Assembly: GCA_022600535.1 (NCBI GenBank) | Contig: JAHZKE010000079.1 | Span: 1 to 43,078 of the forward strand | Source: Pseudomonadota bacterium | GTDB lineage: Bacteria; Pseudomonadota; Gammaproteobacteria; Tethybacterales; Persebacteraceae | Reading direction: 5' to 3' | DNA length: 43,078 bases | Shown: piece after piece, positions 36,224 to 43,078 of the stretch | Layout: every line of letters starts with the position of its first letter | Position numbering within the stretch: the stretch's first letter is position 1 | Made by a program: the position numbers and the translations under genes | The notes under the pieces: model-generated | The model's input: only the letters and a program-made list of their open reading frames with translations | What the model was told of the DNA's origin: nothing | Databases searched by the model: none

Positions 36224-36376
36224 CATGAACCAATGAAAGGAATCAGGTTGCTGATTGTAATGCTTTTGTGTCGCTTCTCACGTGGAAAGCGCCTGCGGCA
36301 TTCTGAAGCGACCGCCGTTGACAATAGGGTTCAACGTCTATTCCTAACGTCTTCGCGGACTTTTTTTGGGAGAACA
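36194..36376 (+). ncRNA. ssrS: Probable 6S RNA (ends approximate)
   Basis: The position is the conserved one, immediately 3' of zapA. The ~183 nt fold by hand into a long interrupted hairpin. An outer stem pairs 36195-36200 with 36370-36375. A 13-bp stem pairs 36201-36213 (CCGCGAAGGCGTT) with 36346-36358 (AACGTCTTCGCGG, one G-U). Inner helices are GGAAT/ATTCC, GTTG/CAAC and CGCTTC/GAAGCG. A GTTGA...TCAAC hairpin on the 3' side resembles the E. coli 6S GGGUUCAAG region. Confidence 0.6.
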
Positions 36377-36567
36377 AGCGCGATAGTTGCGCTGGATTGA
36401 TTTAATGCCTAAAATAGAAATACACGAAACAGCAACATCCGGACGTAATATTTATTTACATGAAAAAAGTTGTGATTACATGCAACATCATCGAGAAAAT
36501 ATATTCAAAAAATAAAGAAATTGGTGCGGTTTGCTAAAATAACCCTTTTACTGCCGAGCATAAACAG

Positions 36568-37644
36568 ATGACATTCCCCGATATTGATGATATTCGCATT
36601 TTAGAAATGCGCGATTTATTGCCGCCGTGCGATTTGCAAACGGCGTTGCCGGTAGAGGTGGCGACTGCCGAACATATTGTCGCATCGCGTAAGGCAGTGG
36701 AAAATATTCTTTATGGTGGCGATGATCGTTTGTTGGTTGTTGTCGGTCCGTGTTCGGTGCACGACCCCAAAGCCGCGCTGGAATATGCCGATTTACTGGC
36801 AGCGGCGGCAGAAAAATATAAAAAACGATTGTTGATTATTATGCGCGTGTATTTTGAAAAACCGCGCACAACGATTGGTTGGAAAGGGTTGATTAATGAC
36901 CCAAACTTAGATGGCAGTTATGCCATTAACGACGGTCTGCATTTGGCGCGTCAGTTGTTGTTGGATTTAAACAAAAAAGGGTTGCCGTGTGCCACCGAGT
37001 TTTTAGATATTATTTCACCGCAATATGTTGCCGATTTGGTTTCGTGGGGCGCGATTGGTGCGCGCACCACCGAAAGTCAAGTGCACCGCGAGTTAGCTTC
37101 CGGTTTATCGTGTCCGATTGGATTTAAAAACGGCACCGACGGCAACATTAAAATTGCTGCCGATGCGATTCGTTCTTCCAGTCAAAAGCACCGCTTTTTA
37201 GCGGTCAATAAAGAAGGACGGGTGGCGATTTCTGCGACCCGCGGCAATAAGGCATGTCATATTATTTTACGCGGCGGTAATAATATGCCGAATTACGATG
37301 CTGATTCAGTAGAAGCAGCAATGCAGATATTAGCGCAAGCGGGGTTGCCGACACGGGTGATGGTAGATTGCTCACACGCCAATAGCAATAAAGATTATCG
37401 CCAACAGCCGCGGGTGGCGGCAGAGGTTGCCGCCCAGATTGCCGGCGGCGATATGCGCCTTATCGGCGTGATGTTGGAGAGTAATTTGGTAGAAGGCAAT
37501 CAGGAAATTTCTCAAGATAAGGAACTGGTCTACGGGCAAAGTGTTACCGATTCGTGTATTAATTGGGAACAAACCGATAGCACTTTAGCGGTGCTTGCCG
37601 ATGCGGTTGCCTGCCGCCAGCGATATTTGCGTTGTCAGGAGTAA
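36568..37644 (+). CDS. aroG: 3-deoxy-7-phosphoheptulonate (DAHP) synthase, class I
   Basis: RLLVVVGPCSVHD, MRVYFEKPRTTIGWKGLINDP, GARTTESQVHRELASGLS, PIGFKNGTDG and VDCSHANS are present. The feedback specificity (Phe, Tyr or Trp isozyme) cannot be told from sequence by eye. Confidence 0.9.
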   Translation: MTFPDIDDIRILEMRDLLPPCDLQTALPVEVATAEHIVASRKAVENILYGGDDRLLVVVGPCSVHDPKAALEYADLLAAAAEKYKKRLLIIMRVYFEKPRTTIGWKGLINDPNLDGSYAINDGLHLARQLLLDLNKKGLPCATEFLDIISPQYVADLVSWGAIGARTTESQVHRELASGLSCPIGFKNGTDGNIKIAADAIRSSSQKHRFLAVNKEGRVAISATRGNKACHIILRGGNNMPNYDADSVEAAMQILAQAGLPTRVMVDCSHANSNKDYRQQPRVAAEVAAQIAGGDMRLIGVMLESNLVEGNQEISQDKELVYGQSVTDSCINWEQTDSTLAVLADAVACRQRYLRCQE

Positions 37645-38594
37645 CACCCCACCCCTCCCCACCGCTTGCGGCGGCACGGCGTTTTTGTACCGCGCCGATG
37701 ATGAGTTATTCGCACAAGCACGCTCGGCGTTTGTGGCGTTTGTTGTGTCCGCCGGCATTAATTTATACCGAAATGTTAGCGGCAGAAGCACTGCTCTACG
37801 GCGAGCGGCGCTATTTATTAGACCACGCGCCATTACCCGCGCCCTTGGCATTGCAGTTGGGCGGCAGCGTGCCCGACACCATGGCACAGGCGGCAGTGAT
37901 TGGCGAAGAGGCAGGGTATCAGGAAGTTAATATTAATTGCGGTTGCCCGAGTGCGCGGGTTAAAAAAGGGGCGTTTGGGGCTTGCCTGATGCAAACGCCG
38001 GAACGTGTTGCCGAGATGGTCGCGGCAATGAAAAATGCAGTGAAGATTCCAATCACGGTTAAATGCCGTATTGCCGTAGATGAGATGGACGCCGAAAGTG
38101 GACTCACCGATTTTACTGCCGCGGTTGTTGCCGCTGGTTGCGATGGTTTGATTGTCCATGCGCGGCGGGCGTGGTTGCAGGGGTTGAACCCCGCACAAAA
38201 CCGCACCATTCCACCGTTGGACTACGCCCGCGTGGAACGATTGAAACAGGAATTTCCCGCCCTGCCGATTATATTAAATGGCGGCTTGGAAACCTTAGAA
38301 CAAGCATCCGCAGCACTTGTGGGGGTTGATGGGGTAATGTTAGGGCGTGCGGTGTGTCGCCGTCCTTATTTGTTGGCAGAAGCAGCGCAGCAATTTTATG
38401 GTATCGCGCTGCCGGAAAAGCGGCAGATACTGGAACAAATGCAAGCGTATATTGCGACATTGGCAGAAAGAGAAAAACGCTGGGCGTTATCGGCATTGTC
38501 GGGGCTTTATCACGGCGAAGCAAATTGCAAAATGTACCGACAAGCATTAATGACAGGGGAGATAAAAATCCCCATCGCAGTGCTTGCGGGTTGA
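37632..38594 (+). CDS. dusA: tRNA-dihydrouridine(20/20a) synthase DusA
   Basis: RFCTAPMMSYSHKHARRLWRLL...IYTEM matches E. coli DusA [22 protein letters not shown]...LYTEM. NINCGCPS, ITVKCRI and HARRAWLQGLNPAQNRTIPPLDY are present. The only upstream start is the TTG at 37632, which overlaps the aroG end by 13 nt. Confidence 0.85.
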   Translation: MSGVTPHPSPPLAAARRFCTAPMMSYSHKHARRLWRLLCPPALIYTEMLAAEALLYGERRYLLDHAPLPAPLALQLGGSVPDTMAQAAVIGEEAGYQEVNINCGCPSARVKKGAFGACLMQTPERVAEMVAAMKNAVKIPITVKCRIAVDEMDAESGLTDFTAAVVAAGCDGLIVHARRAWLQGLNPAQNRTIPPLDYARVERLKQEFPALPIILNGGLETLEQASAALVGVDGVMLGRAVCRRPYLLAEAAQQFYGIALPEKRQILEQMQAYIATLAEREKRWALSALSGLYHGEANCKMYRQALMTGEIKIPIAVLAG

Positions 38595-38617
38595 ACACTT
38601 AGGAGTCAGACACGAGG

Positions 38618-39481
38618 ATGTTGCAACGTTTATCTGCTTATGGACGCTTAGCGCGTTTTAATAACCCTGCCGGCACCTTGCTGTTACTGTGGCCGACGCT
38701 ATGGGGGTTGTGGGCGGCAGCGCAGGGCTTTCCCGGGTGGTATTGGTTGGCAGTGTTTGTCGGCGGTGTTATCGTCATGCGCGCATTTGGGTGTGTGGTC
38801 AACGACATGTTTGACCGCGATTTAGACCGCGTTGTTGCCCGCACTAAAAACCGTCCGTTAGCTGCCGGTGCGGTATCATTTGCCGAAGCAGGCGCAGTGG
38901 CATTGTTTTTTTTGTTGCTGGCATTGGCGTTGTGGTGGTTGCTACCGCCACTGGCACGTTGGGGAAGTATAGCCGCATTGGCAATTGCCGTACTCTACCC
39001 GTTGAGTAAGCGTTACCTGCCGCTACCGCAGGCAGTATTGGGGCTCGCGTTTAGCAGTGGTTTGTTGATTGCCGACATGACACTACGCAATGCACCGCCG
39101 TCACTAACCGCATGGCTACTTTTTGGCGGCAATTTTCTCTGGATTATTGCCTATGACACCATTTATGCAATGGCAGACAAAGCGGATGATTTAGCGCATG
39201 GCGGAGTCGGCAGTGCGGCATTGTTGTTTGGACGGCACGATGTTGCCATCGTCAGTATCTTGTATTCGCTTTGTTTGTTGTGGTTATCGGCAAGCGGTTT
39301 GATTATTGGCTACGGTGCTTCCTATCAAGTCGCCCTGATTGCGGCGGCGGTTTGTGTGATTCGTTTTTGGCAAAAATACAAAACACGTCATCCGCAAGCG
39401 TGTATGGCGGCATTTCGTGCTAATCAGTGGTTTGGTTTGTTTGTTTTTGTCGGCATTGCGGCTGCCGAATATCCGACTTGA
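38618..39481 (+). CDS. ubiA: 4-hydroxybenzoate polyprenyltransferase
   Basis: NDMFDRDLDRVVARTKNRPLAAG is the first Asp-rich motif and YAMADKADD the second. The protein is polytopic and its C-terminus aligns with the end of E. coli UbiA. Confidence 0.9.
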   Translation: MLQRLSAYGRLARFNNPAGTLLLLWPTLWGLWAAAQGFPGWYWLAVFVGGVIVMRAFGCVVNDMFDRDLDRVVARTKNRPLAAGAVSFAEAGAVALFFLLLALALWWLLPPLARWGSIAALAIAVLYPLSKRYLPLPQAVLGLAFSSGLLIADMTLRNAPPSLTAWLLFGGNFLWIIAYDTIYAMADKADDLAHGGVGSAALLFGRHDVAIVSILYSLCLLWLSASGLIIGYGASYQVALIAAAVCVIRFWQKYKTRHPQACMAAFRANQWFGLFVFVGIAAAEYPT

Positions 39482-40263
39482 AAAATTTGCTGGTCGGCTA
39501 AACGCAAGGCGGTGAGTTTGCCATCCCACAAACAGCCGCTATCAATGTTATACATATTCTGATGTTGTATCCCCGCCAACGCCGACCAATGCCCGCAAAC
39601 AATTGGCACCGCGGCACTTTTGCGCTGCGGCGCTTCAAACCAAGGCAGGTAACCGGCAGGAATATCCGCCCGCGTGCCGCTAAATTTTAAATACAATTCG
39701 CCGACGGGCGAGCAGATGCGTAAGCGAGTGAGTGCATTAATAATAATGCGCCAGCGTTCGCCCCCCGTAAGTGTTTCTTGCCACTGATTCGGAGTATTGC
39801 CATACATTTGCGTGGCAAAAGTATGCCATTTCTCGCCGCTAATCACTTGCTGCACTTCCTTTGCTAAGCGCAATATTTGCGGCGTATCCCATAGGGGCAA
39901 AACGCCAGCGTGTAGTAATAGCCAACCGTGTTGATAATGGGCGAGGGGCTGCCGGCGCAACCATTCACACAGTTGCATACCGTCATCGGCATTGAGAATA
40001 TCGCCAATTGTATCTTTGTCTTGCAGGGGCACCGCACCCGCGGCAACGGCTAACAAATGTAAATCGTGATTCCCTAAAACAGTAGTGAGACAGTGGCGAT
40101 TATCATAGACCCAACGCAATACCGCCAGTGACTCCTCGCCACGATTGACGAGGTCGCCAACTAACCACAGTTGATCCTGTTGCGGATTAAATTGAATTTC
40201 TTCGAGTAAGCGGCGAAATGCCGCATAACAGCCGTGAATATCGCCAATCGCATAAACCGCCAT
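39424..40263 (-). CDS. apaH: Bis(5'-nucleosyl)-tetraphosphatase, symmetrical (ApaH)
   Basis: MAVYAIGDIHGCYAAFRRLL, WLVGDLVNRG, GNHDLHLL and GHWSAL are present. These are calcineurin-like phosphoesterase motifs in the ApaH order, and the length is about 279 aa. Confidence 0.92.
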   Translation of the reverse strand: MAVYAIGDIHGCYAAFRRLLEEIQFNPQQDQLWLVGDLVNRGEESLAVLRWVYDNRHCLTTVLGNHDLHLLAVAAGAVPLQDKDTIGDILNADDGMQLCEWLRRQPLAHYQHGWLLLHAGVLPLWDTPQILRLAKEVQQVISGEKWHTFATQMYGNTPNQWQETLTGGERWRIIINALTRLRICSPVGELYLKFSGTRADIPAGYLPWFEAPQRKSAAVPIVCGHWSALAGIQHQNMYNIDSGCLWDGKLTALRLADQQIFQVGYSAAAMPTKTNKPNH

Positions 40264-40296
40264 GATTGGCGCCGAGTGTCGTTTATTGCCGTTTGC

Positions 40297-40485
40297 TTAC
40301 TGGCGCGGGTAAATTTTTCCCGGTGGCGTTAAGTTTTGTTCAATTACCTCTGGCGCTAAATTAGGTTCGGAATAAACCGAACTGTGCACATACAGAGCGA
40401 TAAAGACAATAATAAACACCAACGCAAAGAAAACCAACGCGGAAGTATAAGCAGTTTGTAAATAAGGGTGTGTTTTTCCAGCCAT
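40297..40485 (-). CDS. Hypothetical small single-pass membrane protein (62 aa)
   Basis: One strongly hydrophobic helix is present (SALVFFALVFIIVFIALYV). The gene is 33 nt upstream of apaH on the same strand. I recognise no family. Confidence 0.4.
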   Translation of the reverse strand: MAGKTHPYLQTAYTSALVFFALVFIIVFIALYVHSSVYSEPNLAPEVIEQNLTPPGKIYPRQ

Positions 40486-40505
40486 AGCGATATTTTAACA
40501 TGTTT

Positions 40506-40596
40506 TAGCGAATAGCGACTGTGCTCGTAGAATTAAAAGTAGGAAAATCGCTGATGCAGTGCGTAACAACGCCACAAACAGGCAGGGACAGGCAAC
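40506..40596 (+). repeat. Dispersed intergenic repeat, copy D (core GTGCTCGTAGAATTAAAAG + GGCAGGGACAGGC)
   Basis: It shares the core and the GGCAG block with copies A-C. It is longer because of internal insertions. Confidence 0.5.
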
Positions 40597-40668
40597 AGCT
40601 CGCCCCTTGGTAAATATTAAGGAAAATACGCACAAGCGATACAAAAATACAGATACTTTGTATTTAAT

Positions 40669-40698
40669 TTGCCAAATAATAGTAATTTACTTTATACT
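40669..40698 (+). promoter_or_regulatory. Candidate sigma70 promoter of the atp operon
   Basis: TTGCCA (40669-40674), an 18-nt spacer and TATACT (40693-40698) lie about 50 nt upstream of the atpI start. The match is by eye only. Confidence 0.3.
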
Positions 40699-40747
40699 AT
40701 TGCTTTATTGTTGTTAGCAAAGAATAACAACGAGAAAATTACTTTAT

Positions 40748-41089
40748 ATGCATAAATATACCGTTATTTCTATTGCTTTTGTTGTGCTGGTGCTGGTTTG
40801 CCCTCTGGCGGTATCATTGTCCTTATCGGCGGCGTTTTTGGCAGTGGTTTTTCCACAATCTATTGCGTTTAAACTCTTTCTCAAACAACGGGCACAGCAG
40901 GTCAATCCGCTCTCCCTTTGGGTTATCAAATTCTCTTTAACGATTTTACTGTTAGCGGTCGCTTTGCGTGTTTTACATGAAAATGCATTACTGGCGGCTC
41001 CTTATTTTATTTCGGGCGTGGTCGCTGCAGTATTCTTAAACATTATCTGGTCGACACGTGTTGCTCACCAGTATAGTCAGGGGGAATAA
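40748..41089 (+). CDS. atpI: ATP synthase protein I (AtpI)
   Basis: This is a small four-segment hydrophobic protein directly upstream of atpB. The call rests mainly on position and topology. Confidence 0.7.
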   Translation: MHKYTVISIAFVVLVLVCPLAVSLSLSAAFLAVVFPQSIAFKLFLKQRAQQVNPLSLWVIKFSLTILLLAVALRVLHENALLAAPYFISGVVAAVFLNIIWSTRVAHQYSQGE

Positions 41090-41908
41090 ATGGCGGGACA
41101 AATTACTCCATGGCCCGATACTGTTTCTGGTTATATCAGCGGGCATCTAACGCGCTATACCGTAGGTGATGAGGTAGACGGATCATTTACTTGGGCGCTT
41201 CATCTGGATACCTTGTTGGTTTCGTGGGCGTTGGCAGCACTCGGTTTTTATACCTTGATTAAAATTAGCATGCGGGCGCAATCTAAAAATCCATCTAAAT
41301 TACAAGTCGCTTGCGAGTTACTGCTGACTTTTTTTGATAAACAAGTGCGTGATTTATTTCCTAATGCACCGCCCATAGTGGGGCCATTGGCAATTACCAT
41401 TTTTGTTTGGGTGGTGCTGATGAATTCTATGGATGTATTGCCAGTGGATTCGATTACGACAACGGGGTATTTGGCAACGGGTTCGGTGCCGCATTTTAAA
41501 TTACTCAGCACTGCCGATTTAAGTTTAACTTTGGCATTGGCGCTCTCCGTTTTTGCGATGACTTTTTATTACAATATTAAGGTCAAAGGGATTGGCGGCT
41601 TTTTGCATGAGGTCGCAACTGCTCCTTTTGGTGCCAAGATGGCACCGGTCAATATATTATTGCGCTGTGTTGAGGAAATCGCTAAACCGTTGTCGTTGTC
41701 TATGCGTTTGTTCGGCAATCTGTTTGCTGCGGAAATAATTTTCCTGCTTATTGCCAGTTTATCTTTTGCCGGCGGTGCTGCATTTCTTGGTCAATGGGTG
41801 TTCGGCGCTCCTTGGGCAATTTATCATATTTTAGTCGTGCCGCTACAGGCATACATTTTTTCTGTTCTTGCGGTTGTGTATTTAGCCATGGCGCACGAAA
41901 CACATTAA
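41090..41908 (+). CDS. atpB: F0F1 ATP synthase subunit a
   Basis: LSLSMRLFGNLFAAEII contains the conserved Arg and the protein is polytopic. The start abuts the atpI stop. Confidence 0.93.
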   Translation: MAGQITPWPDTVSGYISGHLTRYTVGDEVDGSFTWALHLDTLLVSWALAALGFYTLIKISMRAQSKNPSKLQVACELLLTFFDKQVRDLFPNAPPIVGPLAITIFVWVVLMNSMDVLPVDSITTTGYLATGSVPHFKLLSTADLSLTLALALSVFAMTFYYNIKVKGIGGFLHEVATAPFGAKMAPVNILLRCVEEIAKPLSLSMRLFGNLFAAEIIFLLIASLSFAGGAAFLGQWVFGAPWAIYHILVVPLQAYIFSVLAVVYLAMAHETH

Positions 41909-41936
41909 CTTTGCACTCATTATTAGGAGACCTCCC

Positions 41937-42236
41937 ATGAAAGAACGTATCAAATTACTCACTATCTTAGCATTATCGCTTTTTGCATTCCCGGCTTTTG
42001 CCGCCGAAGGCAACGAGCTTATCGGCTACGGGCTGGCAGCGATTGGTGCCGGCCTTGCCGGTTTGGGCGCTGCAGTCGGTGTTGGTATTTTGGCAGGAAG
42101 ATTGTTAGAAGCCATTTCTCGTCAGCCGGAATTAGAAAGCAAATTAATGGGACGTTTCTTTTTGACCGTCGGGTTGACTGATGCCGTTCCGATTATCGCC
42201 ATCGCAATGGCTATGATCGTCCTGTTCGTCCTTTAA
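41937..42236 (+). CDS. atpE: F0F1 ATP synthase subunit c, with ~23-aa signal-peptide-like N-terminal extension
   Basis: The core [35 protein letters not shown]...[17 protein letters not shown] matches E. coli c (GLVDAIPMIA, carboxylate Asp). The only in-frame start is the ATG at 41937, behind an AGGAG SD. Confidence 0.92.
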   Translation: MKERIKLLTILALSLFAFPAFAAEGNELIGYGLAAIGAGLAGLGAAVGVGILAGRLLEAISRQPELESKLMGRFFLTVGLTDAVPIIAIAMAMIVLFVL

Positions 42237-42241
42237 TTCCC

Positions 42242-42790
42242 ATGAAACGCTTATATTGGCTATTGGCAGTTGTATTGCTGCTTCCCGCCTCTGCAATGGC
42301 AGCGGAGGGCGGGTTGAAATTGCTGAGTTTCACGACGCTGATTGGCGAGATCATCACCTTTGCTATTTTGGTGTGGGTGGTGATGAAATATGTCTGGCCG
42401 CCGCTGATGAATGCAATTGAAAATCGGCAAAAAGAAATTGCCGATGGGCTTGCTGCCGCCGAACGCGGACACCAAGAACTTGCCGATGCAGATCAAACTA
42501 AAGCAACTATCCTCAGCGAAGCGCGGAGTAAAGGTAGCGATATGGTTGCCGATAGCAAACAGCGCGGTGATGCAATTATTGATGCAGCAAGGCAAGAGGC
42601 GGAAAATGAAAAAGCCCGCATTATTGAACAGGGACAGCGTGATTTAGACGCCGAACGTGTTGCGATGCATCGTGCAATGGAAGAAAAATTGGGCAGTTTG
42701 ATTATTAGCGGTGCAGAACAAATTTTGCGGCGCGAGGTCGATACAAAAACGCATCAAGATATTATTGATTCCATGAAAAAGGCGGTCTAA
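42242..42790 (+). CDS. atpF: F0F1 ATP synthase subunit b (start ambiguous: ATG 42242, ATG 42296 or TTG 42314)
   Basis: [33 protein letters not shown] is almost identical in pattern to E. coli b ([33 protein letters not shown]). Confidence 0.92.
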   Translation: MKRLYWLLAVVLLLPASAMAAEGGLKLLSFTTLIGEIITFAILVWVVMKYVWPPLMNAIENRQKEIADGLAAAERGHQELADADQTKATILSEARSKGSDMVADSKQRGDAIIDAARQEAENEKARIIEQGQRDLDAERVAMHRAMEEKLGSLIISGAEQILRREVDTKTHQDIIDSMKKAV

Positions 42791-42793
42791 AGA

Positions 42794-43078
42794 ATGGATG
42801 CCGTTGCTATCGCTCGTCCTTACGCTGCTGCTGCTTTTGCGTATGCACAAGAGAAAAATGCCATTGAAAATTGGCAACAGGCGATTGCCAATATGGCGCA
42901 AGCAGTAGCAGCAGTGCGACAGCTTGTTGCCGAAGGAGCATTAATTACTGAAACGCAGGCGGCAGAAATTGCACAAAGCGCGGCAGAATCCGGCGGCGGT
43001 GCAAGCGATGAACAAAAAAGATTTATATCTCTTTTGTTAGAAAACGGTAGAGTATTCGCGCTGCCAGAAATTGCCGAA
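42794..43078 (+). CDS. atpH: F0F1 ATP synthase subunit delta, 3' end cut by the window edge
   Basis: My own translation from the ATG at 42794 gives MDAVAIARPYAAAAFAYAQEKNAIENWQQ...LLENGRVFALPEIAE. This matches the E. coli delta pattern (VARPYAKAAFDFA...MAENGRLNALPDV). The ORF is open to the end of the window and absent from the ORF track. Confidence 0.88.
   Translation, partial: MDAVAIARPYAAAAFAYAQEKNAIENWQQAIANMAQAVAAVRQLVAEGALITETQAAEIAQSAAESGGGASDEQKRFISLLLENGRVFALPEIAE

Noticed and set aside
35935-36324. A 129-aa minus-strand ORF covering zapA and the intergenic region.
   Set aside because: It is antisense to zapA and to the probable 6S RNA hairpin. The zapA frame has recognisable family similarity and operon logic, and this ORF does not.
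36455-36482. A direct repeat TTACATG...TTACATG with 20-nt phasing, plus TTTACA half-sites upstream of the DAHP synthase gene. This could be a TyrR-type box.
   Set aside because: Only half-site matches to TGTAAA-N6-TTTACA are present, with no full palindrome. In AT-rich spacer DNA such matches are expected by chance. Not reported as a feature.
37595-37930. A 111-aa plus-strand ORF and a 100-aa minus-strand ORF at the aroG/dusA junction.
   Set aside because: They are alternative frames of the GC-rich dusA 5' region. The DusA frame carries the conserved RF..APM...YTEM block.
37632-38594. dusA as a known hotspot for integrative elements, so a possible 5'-end insertion.
   Set aside because: The dusA 5' region is contiguous with aroG (13-nt overlap). 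No integrase or foreign segment lies nearby.

Overview
This is a chromosomal window from a gammaproteobacterium-like genome. That assignment is inferred only from synteny blocks: ygfX/ygfZ, tRNA-fMet-rplU-rpmA-obg-proB-ispB, surA-pdxA, yajC-secDF, zapA-6S RNA and atpIBEFH. I call about 45 protein genes, one initiator tRNA and a probable 6S RNA. Coding density is high and most content is housekeeping. I saw no CRISPR array, transposase, integrase or phage structural gene.

Unusual or accessory content:
1. A visibly AT-richer left edge (1-4.3 kb) carries a COG1373/DUF4143 ATPase, a solitary type I restriction HsdR and a membrane-anchored pentapeptide-repeat protein.
2. A tight three-gene operon (10.07-12.26 kb) encodes a PhyH-family Fe/2OG dioxygenase, a PhnZ-like six-ligand HD-domain protein and a ureidoglycolate-lyase-like protein. 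It resembles the PhnY*/PhnZ oxidative C-P cleavage pair with an extra enzyme.
3. A lipoprotein-type S8 protease carries a C-terminal autotransporter-like barrel.
4. A Liv-type ABC importer has a substrate-binding protein with a twin-arginine signal.
5. A co-directional CpxP-like/response-regulator/kinase module sits downstream of a GTAAC-N5-GTAAC box.
6. A complete BetI-like TetR repressor is fused in frame to a divergent MetF-like methylene-THF reductase. A DmdA/GcvT-family THF-dependent demethylase follows directly.
7. A GAF-HD-GYP protein has a large insertion.
8. secD and secF are fused into one gene.
9. The ATP synthase c subunit, and possibly the b subunit, has a signal-peptide-like N-terminal extension.
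10. A dispersed intergenic repeat with core GCKCRTAGARTTAAA is present in at least four copies.

My best candidates for undescribed biology are items 6 and 2. All functional calls rest on motif and architecture recognition by eye and need HMM/BLAST confirmation.
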